A stretch of 64,000 nucleotides of DNA, from IMG/VR virus record IMGVR_UViG_3300042090_002597, positions 41,741-105,740 of that record; one strand, given 5' to 3'. Shown in pieces: positions 27,201 to 37,748 of this stretch (the first letter of the stretch is position 1; every line of letters starts with the position of its first letter). Both the position numbers and the translations under genes were made by a program. Under the pieces are notes generated by a model. The model did no database searches. It saw nothing but the letters and a program-made list of their open reading frames with translations, and was not told the origin of the DNA. This DNA comes from a virus.

Positions 27201-27893
27201 TCACCAGCATGACGAAAACCCTGTTGGGAGGCCGCCAGAGTAAGCCGAACTGCCGGTATTAACCGTGGCTGCGTCGCCGGAGCTGAACCCGACCTGCGCG
27301 ATGATGTAGAGCGAGGTCGAGATGCCGCTCAGCGCAATACCTCCGTTCTGCGATCCGACGTTGGGGCTATAGCTCGCGTTTCCGTTCCAGTTCGAAGAAG
27401 GCGACGCGCGCGCCCATATCTGCGGCGGACTCAGCGTAAAGTCGATGGCGAAGCCGACGACGGCGCCAGCCGACCACGTTCCAGGGCTGCCTTGCGGACC
27501 GTTGTTGTAGTAGATTGATCCGCCGGAAGCGTAATACAGCGAGTGAACATCGGCACCAATGTTTCCGCTGGCCGTCGGATAAGATGAGTCCGCCAGTCCG
27601 ATGGCCGGAACGGTCGTGCTCGGCGTGATCTCGAAGTAGCAGCGCGTCCCTGAGTTGACGGCGGTGTTTCGAGCTGCGGCGCCCCCCGTTTGGAACGTCG
27701 TCCACGTCGCCGTCAGGTTGACGTTGCTGTAGGTAATGTAGGACGTGTTGAGCGTCGTGTCCCAGGTCGAGTGCGCGACGGATGGCAGCCCCGGCACGCC
27801 CAGGCGTGCCGTCACCCCCGGCGTCGGCCCGAACGGTCCAGCTGCGGCCGCGCAAGACCACAGGAGCGCGCAGAGAAGCGCGAGGCGACGCAT
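27201..27893 (-). CDS. Secreted SPRY/ConA-like domain protein
   Basis: MRRLALLCALLWSCAAAA; SNVNLTAT...SGTRCYFEI...VGFAIDF. Confidence 0.65.
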   Translation of the reverse strand: MRRLALLCALLWSCAAAAGPFGPTPGVTARLGVPGLPSVAHSTWDTTLNTSYITYSNVNLTATWTTFQTGGAAARNTAVNSGTRCYFEITPSTTVPAIGLADSSYPTASGNIGADVHSLYYASGGSIYYNNGPQGSPGTWSAGAVVGFAIDFTLSPPQIWARASPSSNWNGNASYSPNVGSQNGGIALSGISTSLYIIAQVGFSSGDAATVNTGSSAYSGGLPTGFSSCW

Positions 27894-30800
27894 CAGCGCA
27901 TCTCCTCCGCCGTGACCGTCAGCGAGGTCAACGCGGTTGTCGACACCGTGCCGACGCTCTTGGCCGCGAGGTCGATCCAGTAGGCCGTTCCCGGTGTCAG
28001 GCCGGCGGCGTGTCCGACCGCGCAGAACGGACGCGCCACGTTTGCTGCCGTCACGGTCGTTTCGGCTTTCGATGTCACTGGGTTTCCGGTCTGCGTGCCT
28101 GTTAGCGCAGCCGCATTCGTGGGTGCGGTGCTGGTGCCGTAAGAGACTTGCACCGTGATGCCGTCGCCGGAAGTGGTAGAGGTCTGAGTGACGACGCCGC
28201 AGATCTCGATCCGCACGTTGCCGCTGGTCTGCGGCGTGATCGTACCGGCGAGCCCCTGCATGAAGTACGTTGAGGTGTTTGCCGGGGCGATCGGGTTGCC
28301 CGGGGTTGACAGTGTGAACGCACTGCTGACCGGCGCATAGCACTGCATCGCGCCGTTCGTCACCATCACCGAGCAATCAATGTTCGTGACCGCGCTGTTG
28401 CCGGGGTTGAGACTGACGATCAGCGCCGCGCCGCTCGGGTTGAGGAAGTTGCTGCCGTAGGCGAGCGAGTAGGGCGCGCCCGAAGCAGGCTGCGTGATCT
28501 GATAGTGCAGCGATTGCCCGGCGACGGTGTTGGTGGGATTGCCCAGCGTGTGCCCGCTTGCCGTCAACGTCACCGTGAAGCTGTTCGACAGTGCGCCATT
28601 TGACGCGATGGTCGAAGCGTCCGTAAGAGCGACGGGCGTGGTCAGCGCGCCCTCGGCGATCGCCACCTGCGAGCCGTTGTCGGTGATCGCCGTCGTCGCC
28701 AGGGGAGACGTCCCGTTACCCTTATAGACGGTGTTCGCGACCAACGTTGCGAGGCCGGTGCCGCCGCGGGGAACATTGATTATTGGCGCTTCGTTGAGCG
28801 AAGCATATAGGCTCGTGCCATCACCCTGGAAGCAAATCGTTTCGCCAGGGTATTGCGAAGCGAAGGCAGGATACATCGTGGCGCCGGAGGAATTCGTCAG
28901 CGTGTTGGTGCCAGACGCGGTGATATTGACCAAGCATGCGGATTGCCCGGCACCGAATATGGTTGAGCCAAAATTGGTTGACGAAATGGTTATTGTTCCA
29001 CCACCGCTTATGTTTAGCGGAATGGTGTTTCCCATATCGACAGTGCCGAAAGTAAATCCTGCAGTTTTTGCGGATTCTACCGGGAAGTTCGTATTCAACG
29101 TGCTGGATGCCACTACGAGACCGTTGCCCAGCGTATCGCCAAGAATAGTTGATCCGCTATTCCACAAAGCTATCTGACCACTGACAGGACTGCCAGAACT
29201 GGAAACATTTCCACCGCCACTAGTGGCACTTAACGTTCCGCCAGACAGAGACAGCCCAGATCCGACCGTGACATCCTGACCGACACCTGCGGTACCGCTG
29301 CCGCCATAAAGCTGGGAGGTCGTTGCGGAAGGAAGCACAGCCAGCACGCCGGTGGTGTCCGGCAGTGTCAGCGTCACCGACCCGAGCGCGCCTGTCGGCG
29401 GAGTAATCGTGATCGAGCCGCTGTTGGCGTTGTAGTAGACATCCGTGCCTGCGTTGGTTCCGGACAGACCATGCCATACCGGACCTTCAAATAGCGATAT
29501 GGCCAGACCGCCAAGCGTGTGGATAGCGTAGGACGTAGATGTGCCCGCGGTGTGGTTATCCGCAATGCGAAGACCTGCGTAATTGGCTATGCCACCGGAG
29601 CCCGCGAGTTGTTCGACATCGAATGCGTCAAACTGGGTGACCGTTTGGCCCGCCGACCCCGAATTTCCGCCTGCGCGAAAAATATCCATCTGCGCAACAG
29701 TGTTGCCGCTGGTAGCTCCGGCATAAGCAGTTGACAGCACACCGACGGGAGACACGATGCCGCTATATACATCTATAGCCGCGTTCACTGCGGTTATGGG
29801 TGCGTACAGTATATTGCCGTTGCTGTTTCCTACGGACGCGCCTGTCAGCGTCGTTACGGTTATACCGTCTCCGGAGTTAAGCTGGCCGCTTCCATTATCC
29901 GCAAGAGCTACCGATATTCCTTCCATCGCATTTATGTTGTAGGCGTTTCCGCTTGGCAGAGTTGACTGCACATTCAAACCCCACGACTGCGCGAGCGATC
30001 CTGCACCGGTGCTCGCGGTCAGAGGAAGTGTCTGGACTATGGCCAGACCGTTGAAATCCGGAAGACGCGATGAACCTCCCGGGAATGTACTGTTTATTAT
30101 CATCGTGGACGGATACGCAGTCTGCGTATTCGAACTGGAGCCAACTTGCAGGAAATTTGTTACACTTTCATTTCCGACAACTCGCTCACCGCTAGACAGA
30201 TCAACAACCTGCGAGGGATAGCTTTGTGCGCCTGTGTTGCTCTGACCTTGGTCCGCCACGACAGAACCGCAGGACGTATTTCCGAGAAAGCGGAGAACGC
30301 CGGATGCGATCTGGCTTGCGTTTCCGCCGTATATGTCGCACGATGTTGATCCGGTGATGCTTGGTGTTGTTACGTTTATGTAGTTTGTCGAGTTAAGCGT
30401 GGCATTTCCGGAAGTTATGGTTCCCGTGTTTCCGGTTATGCTCTGCCCAAGCGCATTGAGCGCGTTTACCCGGTAAAAATATGATGTGCTGCCTGCTGTC
30501 CCAACCGTGGCGAGTGTCGGCGCGGACGGTTGTGTCAGCGGTGTGGCAAAATACAAAAAACTGGAACTGGCACCAAACACGCCTGCGTTGTTAAATTGGA
30601 TCTGCGTGTTCGACCCGGAAGGTAACGCATTGATCGTATTGCTGTTGGCAATCGACACATTCGAGCCGCCAACTAAAGACAGGATACCGGAATTGCTGAC
30701 GGTGCCGCTGCTCACCGTCAAGCCGCTGCCGACGACCATACCGCCAAGAGCGGAAGTAGTAGCCGCGGTCACGCTCAAAGTGCCGCCGGATGCGGACAGC

Positions 30801-32503
30801 GCGGTTCCCGCTGCGATGGTGCCGGTCAAGCCGCCGAGTTGCAGAACACCGGAATTCGAGAGAGTGCCGCCGGACCAAGCCAGACCGCTCAGAGTGGTGG
30901 CTTCAAGCGAGGTGCCGTTCGTGCTTACCACCCCGGCGGCGGGAGAGATCAGGTTCAACGTGCCGGTGCTGGTGATGGTGCCCCCGGGCGTCGACCCGAC
31001 TTCCAGGTTCGCCCCTGCCGTGACTGCACTCACGCCACCCGGCGGCGACGCCCAGGTGCCGTCGCCGCGCCAGAAAGTGCTGCTCGACGCGCCGGTACCT
31101 CCGGCGAGATTGGATGTCGGTAGATTACCGGTGATGTCCGAAGCCAAATTCACTGCGCCGAATGATGGCGCTCCGGAAGCATTGCCGTGCAGGACAGTGG
31201 TAGTGGTTCCGAGCGAACCAAGCACGATCGGAACGGCACCAGCACCGCCGCCGAGCACGATCGCGTTCTGCGTCAACGCGGCAGACGAGGTGATGGTCCC
31301 GGCTGCGGTGAAGGCGAGGATGCCGCCGCTGGCGCCGCTGGTCAGACCCGTGCCGCCCAGATTGACTGCGACCGGCGAGGTCAGCGAAAAAGTCGAACTG
31401 TTCAGGGTCAAACCGGTTCCCGCAGCGTAGAGACCGCCGCCGGAAGCCGAAAGCGTGCCGCCTGCGCTCAGAGTCAGGTTCGCTCCGATGGTCGCGGGCG
31501 ACAGAGTGGTTCCGTTGCTGTAGACGATGCCGGTGGATGGCGCGGCTAGGCCGATCGTGCCCGCAGTGGTGATGGTGCCGCCGGTGAGCAGTCCCGCTGC
31601 GACGATTGTGGTTACCGTGCCGGTGCCGGGGGGAGTAGCCCATGTACCGTCACCGCGCCAGAAAGTGCTGCTTGATGCGCCGGTGCCGCCCCCGAGATTG
31701 GAAGTGGACAGATTGCCGGTCACATCGGAAGCCAGATTCACCGCACCGAATGTCGGAGCGCCGGAGGCGTTGCCGTGCAGGACAGTGGTAGTAGTGCCGA
31801 GAGTGCCGAGAGGCGCTGGCGTAGCGCCTACCCCGCCGCCGAGCACGATCGCGTTCAGGGTTAGCACACCGGACGAAGTGGCGACGCCACTGCCGGTGAA
31901 ACCGAGAATGCCGCCGCTGGTGCCGCTGGTCAGACCCGTGCCGCCTAGCGAGACGGCGAGTGGCGAATTGATGGACAGCACACCGCTGCCATTTACTTGC
32001 AGCCCAGATCCTGGACTGACGCCGCCGATGGAGAGAGTTGTGGCGGGCGACAAGGATAGCGTACCGCCGGAATAGGCCAGACCTGTCCCAGCGGTGCCGG
32101 TCTGCAGGATAGTGCCGTTGCTGACGACAAAACCCGCGCTTGGCGCACCATTGAATGAAAGCGTGCCGCTGTTGTTAGTCAACCCGGAGCCGATGGAAGA
32201 GATCGTGCCTGCCTGCCACAGCGCGCTCAGGGTGGTTCCGTTGACGACCAGGCCGCTGCTGATTGTGGCGTCGACGAGCGTGGTGCCGGTGCTTGCGATG
32301 ATGCCCGGACTGACATAGGGCAGCGTGATCGTGCCAGCGTTAATGATCGGGTTGGACGGCGATGCCTGCAAAAACCCACCGACAGTGAGCGGTGCGCGGG
32401 ATCCGCTGCCCCCGCCGGACGGAGGCTGGGGGCCATAGGGCTGCGCGAGCGCGGTGGACGCGAGCAGCAGTGAAGCCAGCCCGAAAGCACCGGAGTATTT
32501 CAT
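27893..32503 (-). CDS. 1536-aa Gly/Ser/Thr-rich fibre/adhesin-like protein with signal peptide
   Basis: MKYSGAFGLASLLLASTALA; GSGL..SGGTLS repeats; ~112-aa internal duplication ending TFWRGDGTWA. Confidence 0.7.
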   Translation of the reverse strand: MKYSGAFGLASLLLASTALAQPYGPQPPSGGGSGSRAPLTVGGFLQASPSNPIINAGTITLPYVSPGIIASTGTTLVDATISSGLVVNGTTLSALWQAGTISSIGSGLTNNSGTLSFNGAPSAGFVVSNGTILQTGTAGTGLAYSGGTLSLSPATTLSIGGVSPGSGLQVNGSGVLSINSPLAVSLGGTGLTSGTSGGILGFTGSGVATSSGVLTLNAIVLGGGVGATPAPLGTLGTTTTVLHGNASGAPTFGAVNLASDVTGNLSTSNLGGGTGASSSTFWRGDGTWATPPGTGTVTTIVAAGLLTGGTITTAGTIGLAAPSTGIVYSNGTTLSPATIGANLTLSAGGTLSASGGGLYAAGTGLTLNSSTFSLTSPVAVNLGGTGLTSGASGGILAFTAAGTITSSAALTQNAIVLGGGAGAVPIVLGSLGTTTTVLHGNASGAPSFGAVNLASDITGNLPTSNLAGGTGASSSTFWRGDGTWASPPGGVSAVTAGANLEVGSTPGGTITSTGTLNLISPAAGVVSTNGTSLEATTLSGLAWSGGTLSNSGVLQLGGLTGTIAAGTALSASGGTLSVTAATTSALGGMVVGSGLTVSSGTVSNSGILSLVGGSNVSIANSNTINALPSGSNTQIQFNNAGVFGASSSFLYFATPLTQPSAPTLATVGTAGSTSYFYRVNALNALGQSITGNTGTITSGNATLNSTNYINVTTPSITGSTSCDIYGGNASQIASGVLRFLGNTSCGSVVADQGQSNTGAQSYPSQVVDLSSGERVVGNESVTNFLQVGSSSNTQTAYPSTMIINSTFPGGSSRLPDFNGLAIVQTLPLTASTGAGSLAQSWGLNVQSTLPSGNAYNINAMEGISVALADNGSGQLNSGDGITVTTLTGASVGNSNGNILYAPITAVNAAIDVYSGIVSPVGVLSTAYAGATSGNTVAQMDIFRAGGNSGSAGQTVTQFDAFDVEQLAGSGGIANYAGLRIADNHTAGTSTSYAIHTLGGLAISLFEGPVWHGLSGTNAGTDVYYNANSGSITITPPTGALGSVTLTLPDTTGVLAVLPSATTSQLYGGSGTAGVGQDVTVGSGLSLSGGTLSATSGGGNVSSSGSPVSGQIALWNSGSTILGDTLGNGLVVASSTLNTNFPVESAKTAGFTFGTVDMGNTIPLNISGGGTITISSTNFGSTIFGAGQSACLVNITASGTNTLTNSSGATMYPAFASQYPGETICFQGDGTSLYASLNEAPIINVPRGGTGLATLVANTVYKGNGTSPLATTAITDNGSQVAIAEGALTTPVALTDASTIASNGALSNSFTVTLTASGHTLGNPTNTVAGQSLHYQITQPASGAPYSLAYGSNFLNPSGAALIVSLNPGNSAVTNIDCSVMVTNGAMQCYAPVSSAFTLSTPGNPIAPANTSTYFMQGLAGTITPQTSGNVRIEICGVVTQTSTTSGDGITVQVSYGTSTAPTNAAALTGTQTGNPVTSKAETTVTAANVARPFCAVGHAAGLTPGTAYWIDLAAKSVGTVSTTALTSLTVTAEEMR

Positions 32504-32515
32504 GGTGCGAATTCC

Positions 32516-32869
32516 TTAAAACCGGCTGGCGGAGAAAATGTGTCCCGTGGTCGCAGCTGTGACCGTGATCGCATTGGCTGCGTGCGGAAGGTAGAAAGAC
32601 TGTCCGGCCGTGAGCGCGTAGACTCCGCCGCCCTCGGTGGTGGTGCAGGTTCCGCCGGCCGGACAGACGTAGAGATTTTCACCGGCCGTGGTCGGATTGG
32701 TGATCCAGGCACCGGTATTGATCGAATTGGCCGCGAACAAAATTTGAGACACGCCGCCGGTGGTGATGGTGTAGTTGGACGGCGTGACGATGGTGACCGA
32801 CGGACCGTTCTGTGCCGCGGCGGCCGCTGCTGCCATAAGCAGCGACAACGCGAACAACAGGCGGGGCAT
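32516..32869 (-). CDS. Small secreted beta-sandwich-like protein
   Basis: MPRLLFALSLLMAAAAAA-Q signal peptide. Confidence 0.6.
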   Translation of the reverse strand: MPRLLFALSLLMAAAAAAAQNGPSVTIVTPSNYTITTGGVSQILFAANSINTGAWITNPTTAGENLYVCPAGGTCTTTEGGGVYALTAGQSFYLPHAANAITVTAATTGHIFSASRF

Positions 32870-32877
32870 GGCGCGTC

Positions 32878-33381
32878 TCATTGGGCGAGACCCCGGATGA
32901 AGCCAACTGAGATCGGCGCGAAAGTGCCGCAGGCGGAAGCGCTGATGCCAGCGCTGATGCCAGCGCTGAAAAACTCCATCGGACCGGGGATGAGCTTGAC
33001 GGAGCCAACCCCGCTGGCGGCGATGGCGACACAGTCCTGCATCTGCCCAGAGGCGGTACCGCCGACGATCGTGCCGCTTGCGGGAACCGTAGGCGAGTTG
33101 AACACCTGCAGCCAACAGGTCTGGGTGCAGGTAGCGTACACGTCGTACAGATTGCCCGGAGCGGCTTTCAAGACCATCCCGGATACGGCACCTCCAGATG
33201 CCGTTGGCAGGATCGCCGCGCCCGAGAAAGGGGTAGGCGCCATGACATGCGCCGGTGCAAACGGCCCGAACGAGGAAGGGAAAGACAGTTGCGACGGTCC
33301 CTGCGCGTGTGCTTTCGGCACAGGGACGGATACCTCGGCAATGGGCATGGCGACAAGGAGAGCGACGCAAAGGCGCTTCAT
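32878..33381 (-). CDS. Small secreted protein
   Basis: MKRLCVALLVAMP...AHA-Q signal peptide. Confidence 0.6.
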   Translation of the reverse strand: MKRLCVALLVAMPIAEVSVPVPKAHAQGPSQLSFPSSFGPFAPAHVMAPTPFSGAAILPTASGGAVSGMVLKAAPGNLYDVYATCTQTCWLQVFNSPTVPASGTIVGGTASGQMQDCVAIAASGVGSVKLIPGPMEFFSAGISAGISASACGTFAPISVGFIRGLAQ

Positions 33382-33490
33382 GGCGGGCATCCTTGGTGAA
33401 AATCTGCGCTAGAGTGCCTCGCCAGGGTGTTTTTGCCCATGCCGGGATTGCCTGTTGTGTTGTTGCACGGAACGTGTTAATTGACGCCGC

Positions 33491-33745
33491 ATGACGCTGG
33501 ATGAATGGATCAGGAGCCGCGAACCGCGTATGACCGACGCCGAATTCGGGCGCATTGTCGGCGAACGCGCGCGAGGTCAGGCCCTGACGCAGCAAGCGGT
33601 GGGAATGTGGCGGCGCGGTGAACGGATGCCGGACCCGCAATATATCCCGGTGATCGAAAATGTCACCGAACGATCAGTTATGGAAATTGACCTGCTTACG
33701 GCTTGGCGAAATAACCGAGCCAAACACAGCAACGGAGTTGCGTGA
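33491..33745 (+). CDS. Cro-like HTH regulator
   Basis: MTLDEWI...TQQAVGMWRRGERMP. Confidence 0.7.
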   Translation: MTLDEWIRSREPRMTDAEFGRIVGERARGQALTQQAVGMWRRGERMPDPQYIPVIENVTERSVMEIDLLTAWRNNRAKHSNGVA

Positions 33746-33938
33746 CTATGTGGATTGCGGTGACCGAAGATATTACGGGTAAACACGTTCTCATAAACAC
33801 CATGTCCCCGATGAGAATTACAGCGGGAGAAAAAGAAAATACGTGTGATCTGTCGCAAAGTGAATATGGCCTGCTGTTGAAAATAAAGAGTGATTTCGGC
33901 ACTCTTGTGCTCAGTCTTCAAGCGCTGGACCTTCGCCA

Positions 33939-34496
33939 GTGAATGTCTCGCTTATCATAGGCGTTGATCCCGGAGCGTCCGGTGCGATTTCTTTTTTGCA
34001 GCCGAACGGCGCGCTTTTCGGCATCGAGGACATTCCGGTCGACCGGATCCAGGTGGGTAAGCATTCCCGTTCCCGCGTGAACATTCCGCGTCTGTGGGGA
34101 CTGCTTCAGGGTCTCGGCAACGGAACAGCCGTTTTCATCGAAAAGCCGAACTATCGTCCGATGATGAAACGCAATCCGAAAACCGGTGTTCCGGAGCCGA
34201 TGCAAATGGGCGTCGCCGGGGCGGGTGCTTTCGGAGAAACGTACGGTTCGCTGTTGGCCGCGCTGGTGATCGCCGGAGCCCAGATCCATGAAGTGGCTCC
34301 GGGTGTCTGGGGCCGGGCGATCGGCTTGAAAGGCGGCAAGGACGATGCGATTCGGCTGGCCGGAAATCTGTTCCCTGCCAGCGCAAAACTGTTCGCGCGA
34401 AAAATGGACCATAACCGCGCCGAGGCAGCTTTGATAGGCTACTATGGCGCGCAGAAATTACGCGGAGAAGGACATGCTGTCGGCACCTCAGTTTGA
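33939..34496 (+). CDS. RuvC-like Holliday junction resolvase
   Basis: IIGVDPGASGAI, VFIE, DHNRAEAALI. Confidence 0.85.
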   Translation: MNVSLIIGVDPGASGAISFLQPNGALFGIEDIPVDRIQVGKHSRSRVNIPRLWGLLQGLGNGTAVFIEKPNYRPMMKRNPKTGVPEPMQMGVAGAGAFGETYGSLLAALVIAGAQIHEVAPGVWGRAIGLKGGKDDAIRLAGNLFPASAKLFARKMDHNRAEAALIGYYGAQKLRGEGHAVGTSV

Positions 34497-34910
34497 CCCG
34501 CGCTATCTCCAGGCACGGCCGATGACGAACTATAAACTGGGTCATGTTCAGATGGACGGTTCGCGTCCTATTCGCGTAGGAGACGCAACGGTGGGCTGGT
34601 TGTGGGGCGACGGCGAAGGGAAATTCCGCGCGGGGCCCCGTGTTGGCTGTGCTCGCTATGAGCAGGCGCACGACCAGAGCGCTGCGGTGATGATGTATCT
34701 GGACTGGAGACTGCCGTGATTTCGCCGGAACGATTGAAGCGCCTGAAAGAATTGATGCGCGATGCCGAAATGTGCCCGCGGCTGAACAAGTACGAGGAAG
34801 ATTTCTGCGCCAGCATGCGCGAGCGCGTAGAGCAGCGCGGAGAAAGCATGAATCTTTCGGATGCGCAGGAGCGGGTTTTGACGAGCATCGAAGCGAAAGT
34901 CTATGCCTGA

Positions 34911-36257
34911 GTGGCGCTGACTGACTATAGCCACCAACAAACCGGGTCTGCTTTTCTCGCGGAACGTCGTTTCGCGCTGTTGGCGGACGATATGGGTTTG
35001 GGCAAAACCAGACAGGTTGTCTTGGCTTGTGACCGGGTCAGCGCCCGGAAAATTCTGGTAGTCTGTCCCGGCGCCGTGCGCGAACACTGGGCGCTCGAAT
35101 TCGAGCAATGGTCTGACCAGGAACGGCCGGTTCATGTTGTCGAAGGTTTCCTGAAAGAACCGCCAGGACCTGGCATAACTATCGTCTCTCATGCGGTGCT
35201 GAGCGACGCGACTCCATCTGCGAAACGACCGAACCGCGGTCAGTCGCTCCGACATTTGTTTTCCGGCCCGCCGTTTGACGTGATCGTGGTGGACGAGGCC
35301 CATGAGTTTCGCCAGTATCAAGCCGCTCGGACCCGTACTCTTTTTGCACCCGACGGTCTGGTCTCTCGCGCGAGTCAAATGTGGTGCCTGTCCGGAACGC
35401 CGATTGTGAACTCGGCGGCCGATTTCTACCCGATGCTTTACGGCGGCCTGGGATCGCAGGTGACATGGCAGGAATTCTGCGATCACTACTGCACAATGGT
35501 GCCCGACGCATACCAGGAGACGAAACCGGTCGGGATCAAAAATACCGAAGAGTTGGCCTTCATCCTGAAACCGTACGTAATTCGCCGCACCGCGGAATCA
35601 CTCGACATAAAAATGCCGAACCTTACGGTGACGCGCGTGCCCGTCAAGATAGACGACAACGCCTTGCAGCACATCATGGCCGGACTGGAAGGATGGACGC
35701 CCGCTCGATTGCAAGAGGCACTTGCGGAACAGGACGATCTGCGTGACTCCGCACTGGCTCGCGTGCGCCGAGCGCTTGGGCTGGCCAAGCTTGACACAGC
35801 TGCGGCACATATCCATTCCATAGTGGTCGCGGGTGAAGGCCCGGTGGTGGCGTTCTTCCAGCATACTGATGTACGCAAAGGTGTGTTTGACCGGTTGAAA
35901 GCCCGGGGACATCAACTTTCCTGGATTGACGGGACGGTCAGCCGCGCACAATTGCGCGCTGCAAAAGAATGGCTGCAGGGTGGGTGGCTGAACGATCTTC
36001 TCGTGCAGACGCAAGCTGGCGGGATGGGGCTGACGCTCACCCGGTCGCACCGGGTGGTGGTGATCGAACTTCCATGGACCGCAACTGCACTGCAACAGGC
36101 GATAAAAAGAATCCACCGAATTGGTCAGACCGCGGACTGCACTGCTGAAATTCTTTCGGCAGCCGGCTGCTGGCTGGACGAGGCCATGGCCGGAGTGGTA
36201 GGCGTGAAAGAGCGGGCATCAAACGATCTCCTCTCCCGGCTCACAACTAACATTTAA
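34911..36257 (+). CDS. SNF2-family helicase
   Basis: LLADDMGLGKT, DEAH, LSGTP, GMGLTL, QAIKRIHRIGQ. Confidence 0.9.
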   Translation: MALTDYSHQQTGSAFLAERRFALLADDMGLGKTRQVVLACDRVSARKILVVCPGAVREHWALEFEQWSDQERPVHVVEGFLKEPPGPGITIVSHAVLSDATPSAKRPNRGQSLRHLFSGPPFDVIVVDEAHEFRQYQAARTRTLFAPDGLVSRASQMWCLSGTPIVNSAADFYPMLYGGLGSQVTWQEFCDHYCTMVPDAYQETKPVGIKNTEELAFILKPYVIRRTAESLDIKMPNLTVTRVPVKIDDNALQHIMAGLEGWTPARLQEALAEQDDLRDSALARVRRALGLAKLDTAAAHIHSIVVAGEGPVVAFFQHTDVRKGVFDRLKARGHQLSWIDGTVSRAQLRAAKEWLQGGWLNDLLVQTQAGGMGLTLTRSHRVVVIELPWTATALQQAIKRIHRIGQTADCTAEILSAAGCWLDEAMAGVVGVKERASNDLLSRLTTNI

Positions 36258-36307
36258 GTGTAAGATTACGTATTGCGCTGGAATGCGCGAAGTGATATCG
36301 AATTTTC

Positions 36308-36790
36308 ATGCAACCCGCCATCCGGCTTCCAGAACGCATTGCTACGTTCAAAAGCCCCTACCATTTTCTGTCGAATTTCTGGGTGTGCCCCGCGGGCATC
36401 ATCTGGGAAAACGACATTTTTCCGACCGTCGAGCATGCCTACCAGTGGACCAAGATGTCCGATCCGGCCGGGCGCGCAGCGATAATGACGCAAGAAAATC
36501 CGGGAGACGCTAAGAATGCAGCCAAACAATACCCGACGCGCGAAGACTGGCCTTTCATAAAACTGGACGTAATGCACGAACTTCTGCGGCTGAAGTTTCA
36601 GGACCGCTATCTCGGAGATTGGCTGCTCGCTACCGGCAGCGCTGAACTGGTGGAAGGAAACACCTGGGGTGACGTTTTCTGGGGTGTGTGCAATGGCGTA
36701 GGCGAAAACCAGCTTGGCAAGTTGCTCATGCAGGTTCGAACTGAGCTTCGGATCGCAAAAATATGTCCACGTAACAGGAGAATACGGTGA
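36308..36790 (+). CDS. NADAR (YbiA-like) protein
   Basis: FLSNF, TVEHAYQ, LLATG..ELVEGNTWGDVFWG, GENQLGKLLM. Confidence 0.9.
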   Translation: MQPAIRLPERIATFKSPYHFLSNFWVCPAGIIWENDIFPTVEHAYQWTKMSDPAGRAAIMTQENPGDAKNAAKQYPTREDWPFIKLDVMHELLRLKFQDRYLGDWLLATGSAELVEGNTWGDVFWGVCNGVGENQLGKLLMQVRTELRIAKICPRNRRIR

Positions 36791-37650
36791 AGATTATTTT
36801 TGAAGTCACACCCAAGGACGGAGTCGACCCGTTGATTTTCGGGCAGGCAATCGCGTGGCTACAGCAGATCGACGCGGGTGCTGTAGTTACGCGAACGGTT
36901 GCGGTTGGTGAAGTGTCAGCGGCCACAAAAGGCCCCGCTTCAGTTGTCGCGCCCGATCTGTCCGCGTCCGGCCACATCAACGATGGCGTGGAAAATCTCG
37001 CGGAAGAAGGCGAGGAAGTCGAGGAAGCCGCAGCCAACGCCGCTGTGACGGCGAACCTCGCCACTGCCGCCGCGGCGGTCGGACCGAAGAAGCGCGGCCG
37101 CAAGCCGAAGGGCCAGACTGCCGAAGCGCAGGTAGCCGCGCTCACGGGTGCTCTGCCCCCCGGCGCTATGCCGCCTGGGGTCACTCAGCCTGCGTTCACT
37201 CCGCCGCCGGTGGGTGTCGCTGCCATGTCGACGCAGCAGGCGGAACAGGGCGGAGGTTTTGCCATTCCGCCTGGTGCCGTCGGCGGCAACGGTTTTGCGC
37301 CGCAAGGTATGTCCACACCAATGGCGCCTCCCGCGGGAACAAACGGCGGGCCTGGGTCCGTACCAGTTGCGCCGCCCCCGGCTCCCGCAGCGGCCATGCC
37401 GTCCGCTGCACCTCCGTCGCCTGCACCGAATGGTGTGGTATCGCTGGAGGACTACAAGGCGCAGGTCCTGCAACTGCAGAATGCGGCACAGGCGGCGAGC
37501 AAGACGAACGCCTATCCGTTCAACATCATTCGCGCCGACACTTGGCCCGACGGAACGCCGAAGCCGTTCAAGACTATGATGCACGACTCGGTGCCGCCGG
37601 AGCACCGGCAACTGGTGCTGGATTGGAGCGCGCATCTTCTGAACTCCTGA
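36787..37650 (+). CDS. Pro/Ala-rich hypothetical protein of the replication module
   Basis: GTGA-coupled ORF upstream of DUF2800. Confidence 0.6.
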   Translation: MKIIFEVTPKDGVDPLIFGQAIAWLQQIDAGAVVTRTVAVGEVSAATKGPASVVAPDLSASGHINDGVENLAEEGEEVEEAAANAAVTANLATAAAAVGPKKRGRKPKGQTAEAQVAALTGALPPGAMPPGVTQPAFTPPPVGVAAMSTQQAEQGGGFAIPPGAVGGNGFAPQGMSTPMAPPAGTNGGPGSVPVAPPPAPAAAMPSAAPPSPAPNGVVSLEDYKAQVLQLQNAAQAASKTNAYPFNIIRADTWPDGTPKPFKTMMHDSVPPEHRQLVLDWSAHLLNS

Positions 37651-37682
37651 TACGGGGTATTGTTGCAGGATATGCGCCGGAC

Positions 37683-37716
37683 AAAGCGGGCGCCATAAAG
37701 ATTGGTGCCTGCTTTT
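37683..37716 (+). terminator. Intrinsic terminator-like hairpin
   Basis: AAAGCGGGCGCCA-loop-TGGTGCCTGCTTTT. Confidence 0.45.
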
Positions 37717-37748
37717 GAAATGTAACTAACAGTAGGAGTCATGTAGAA

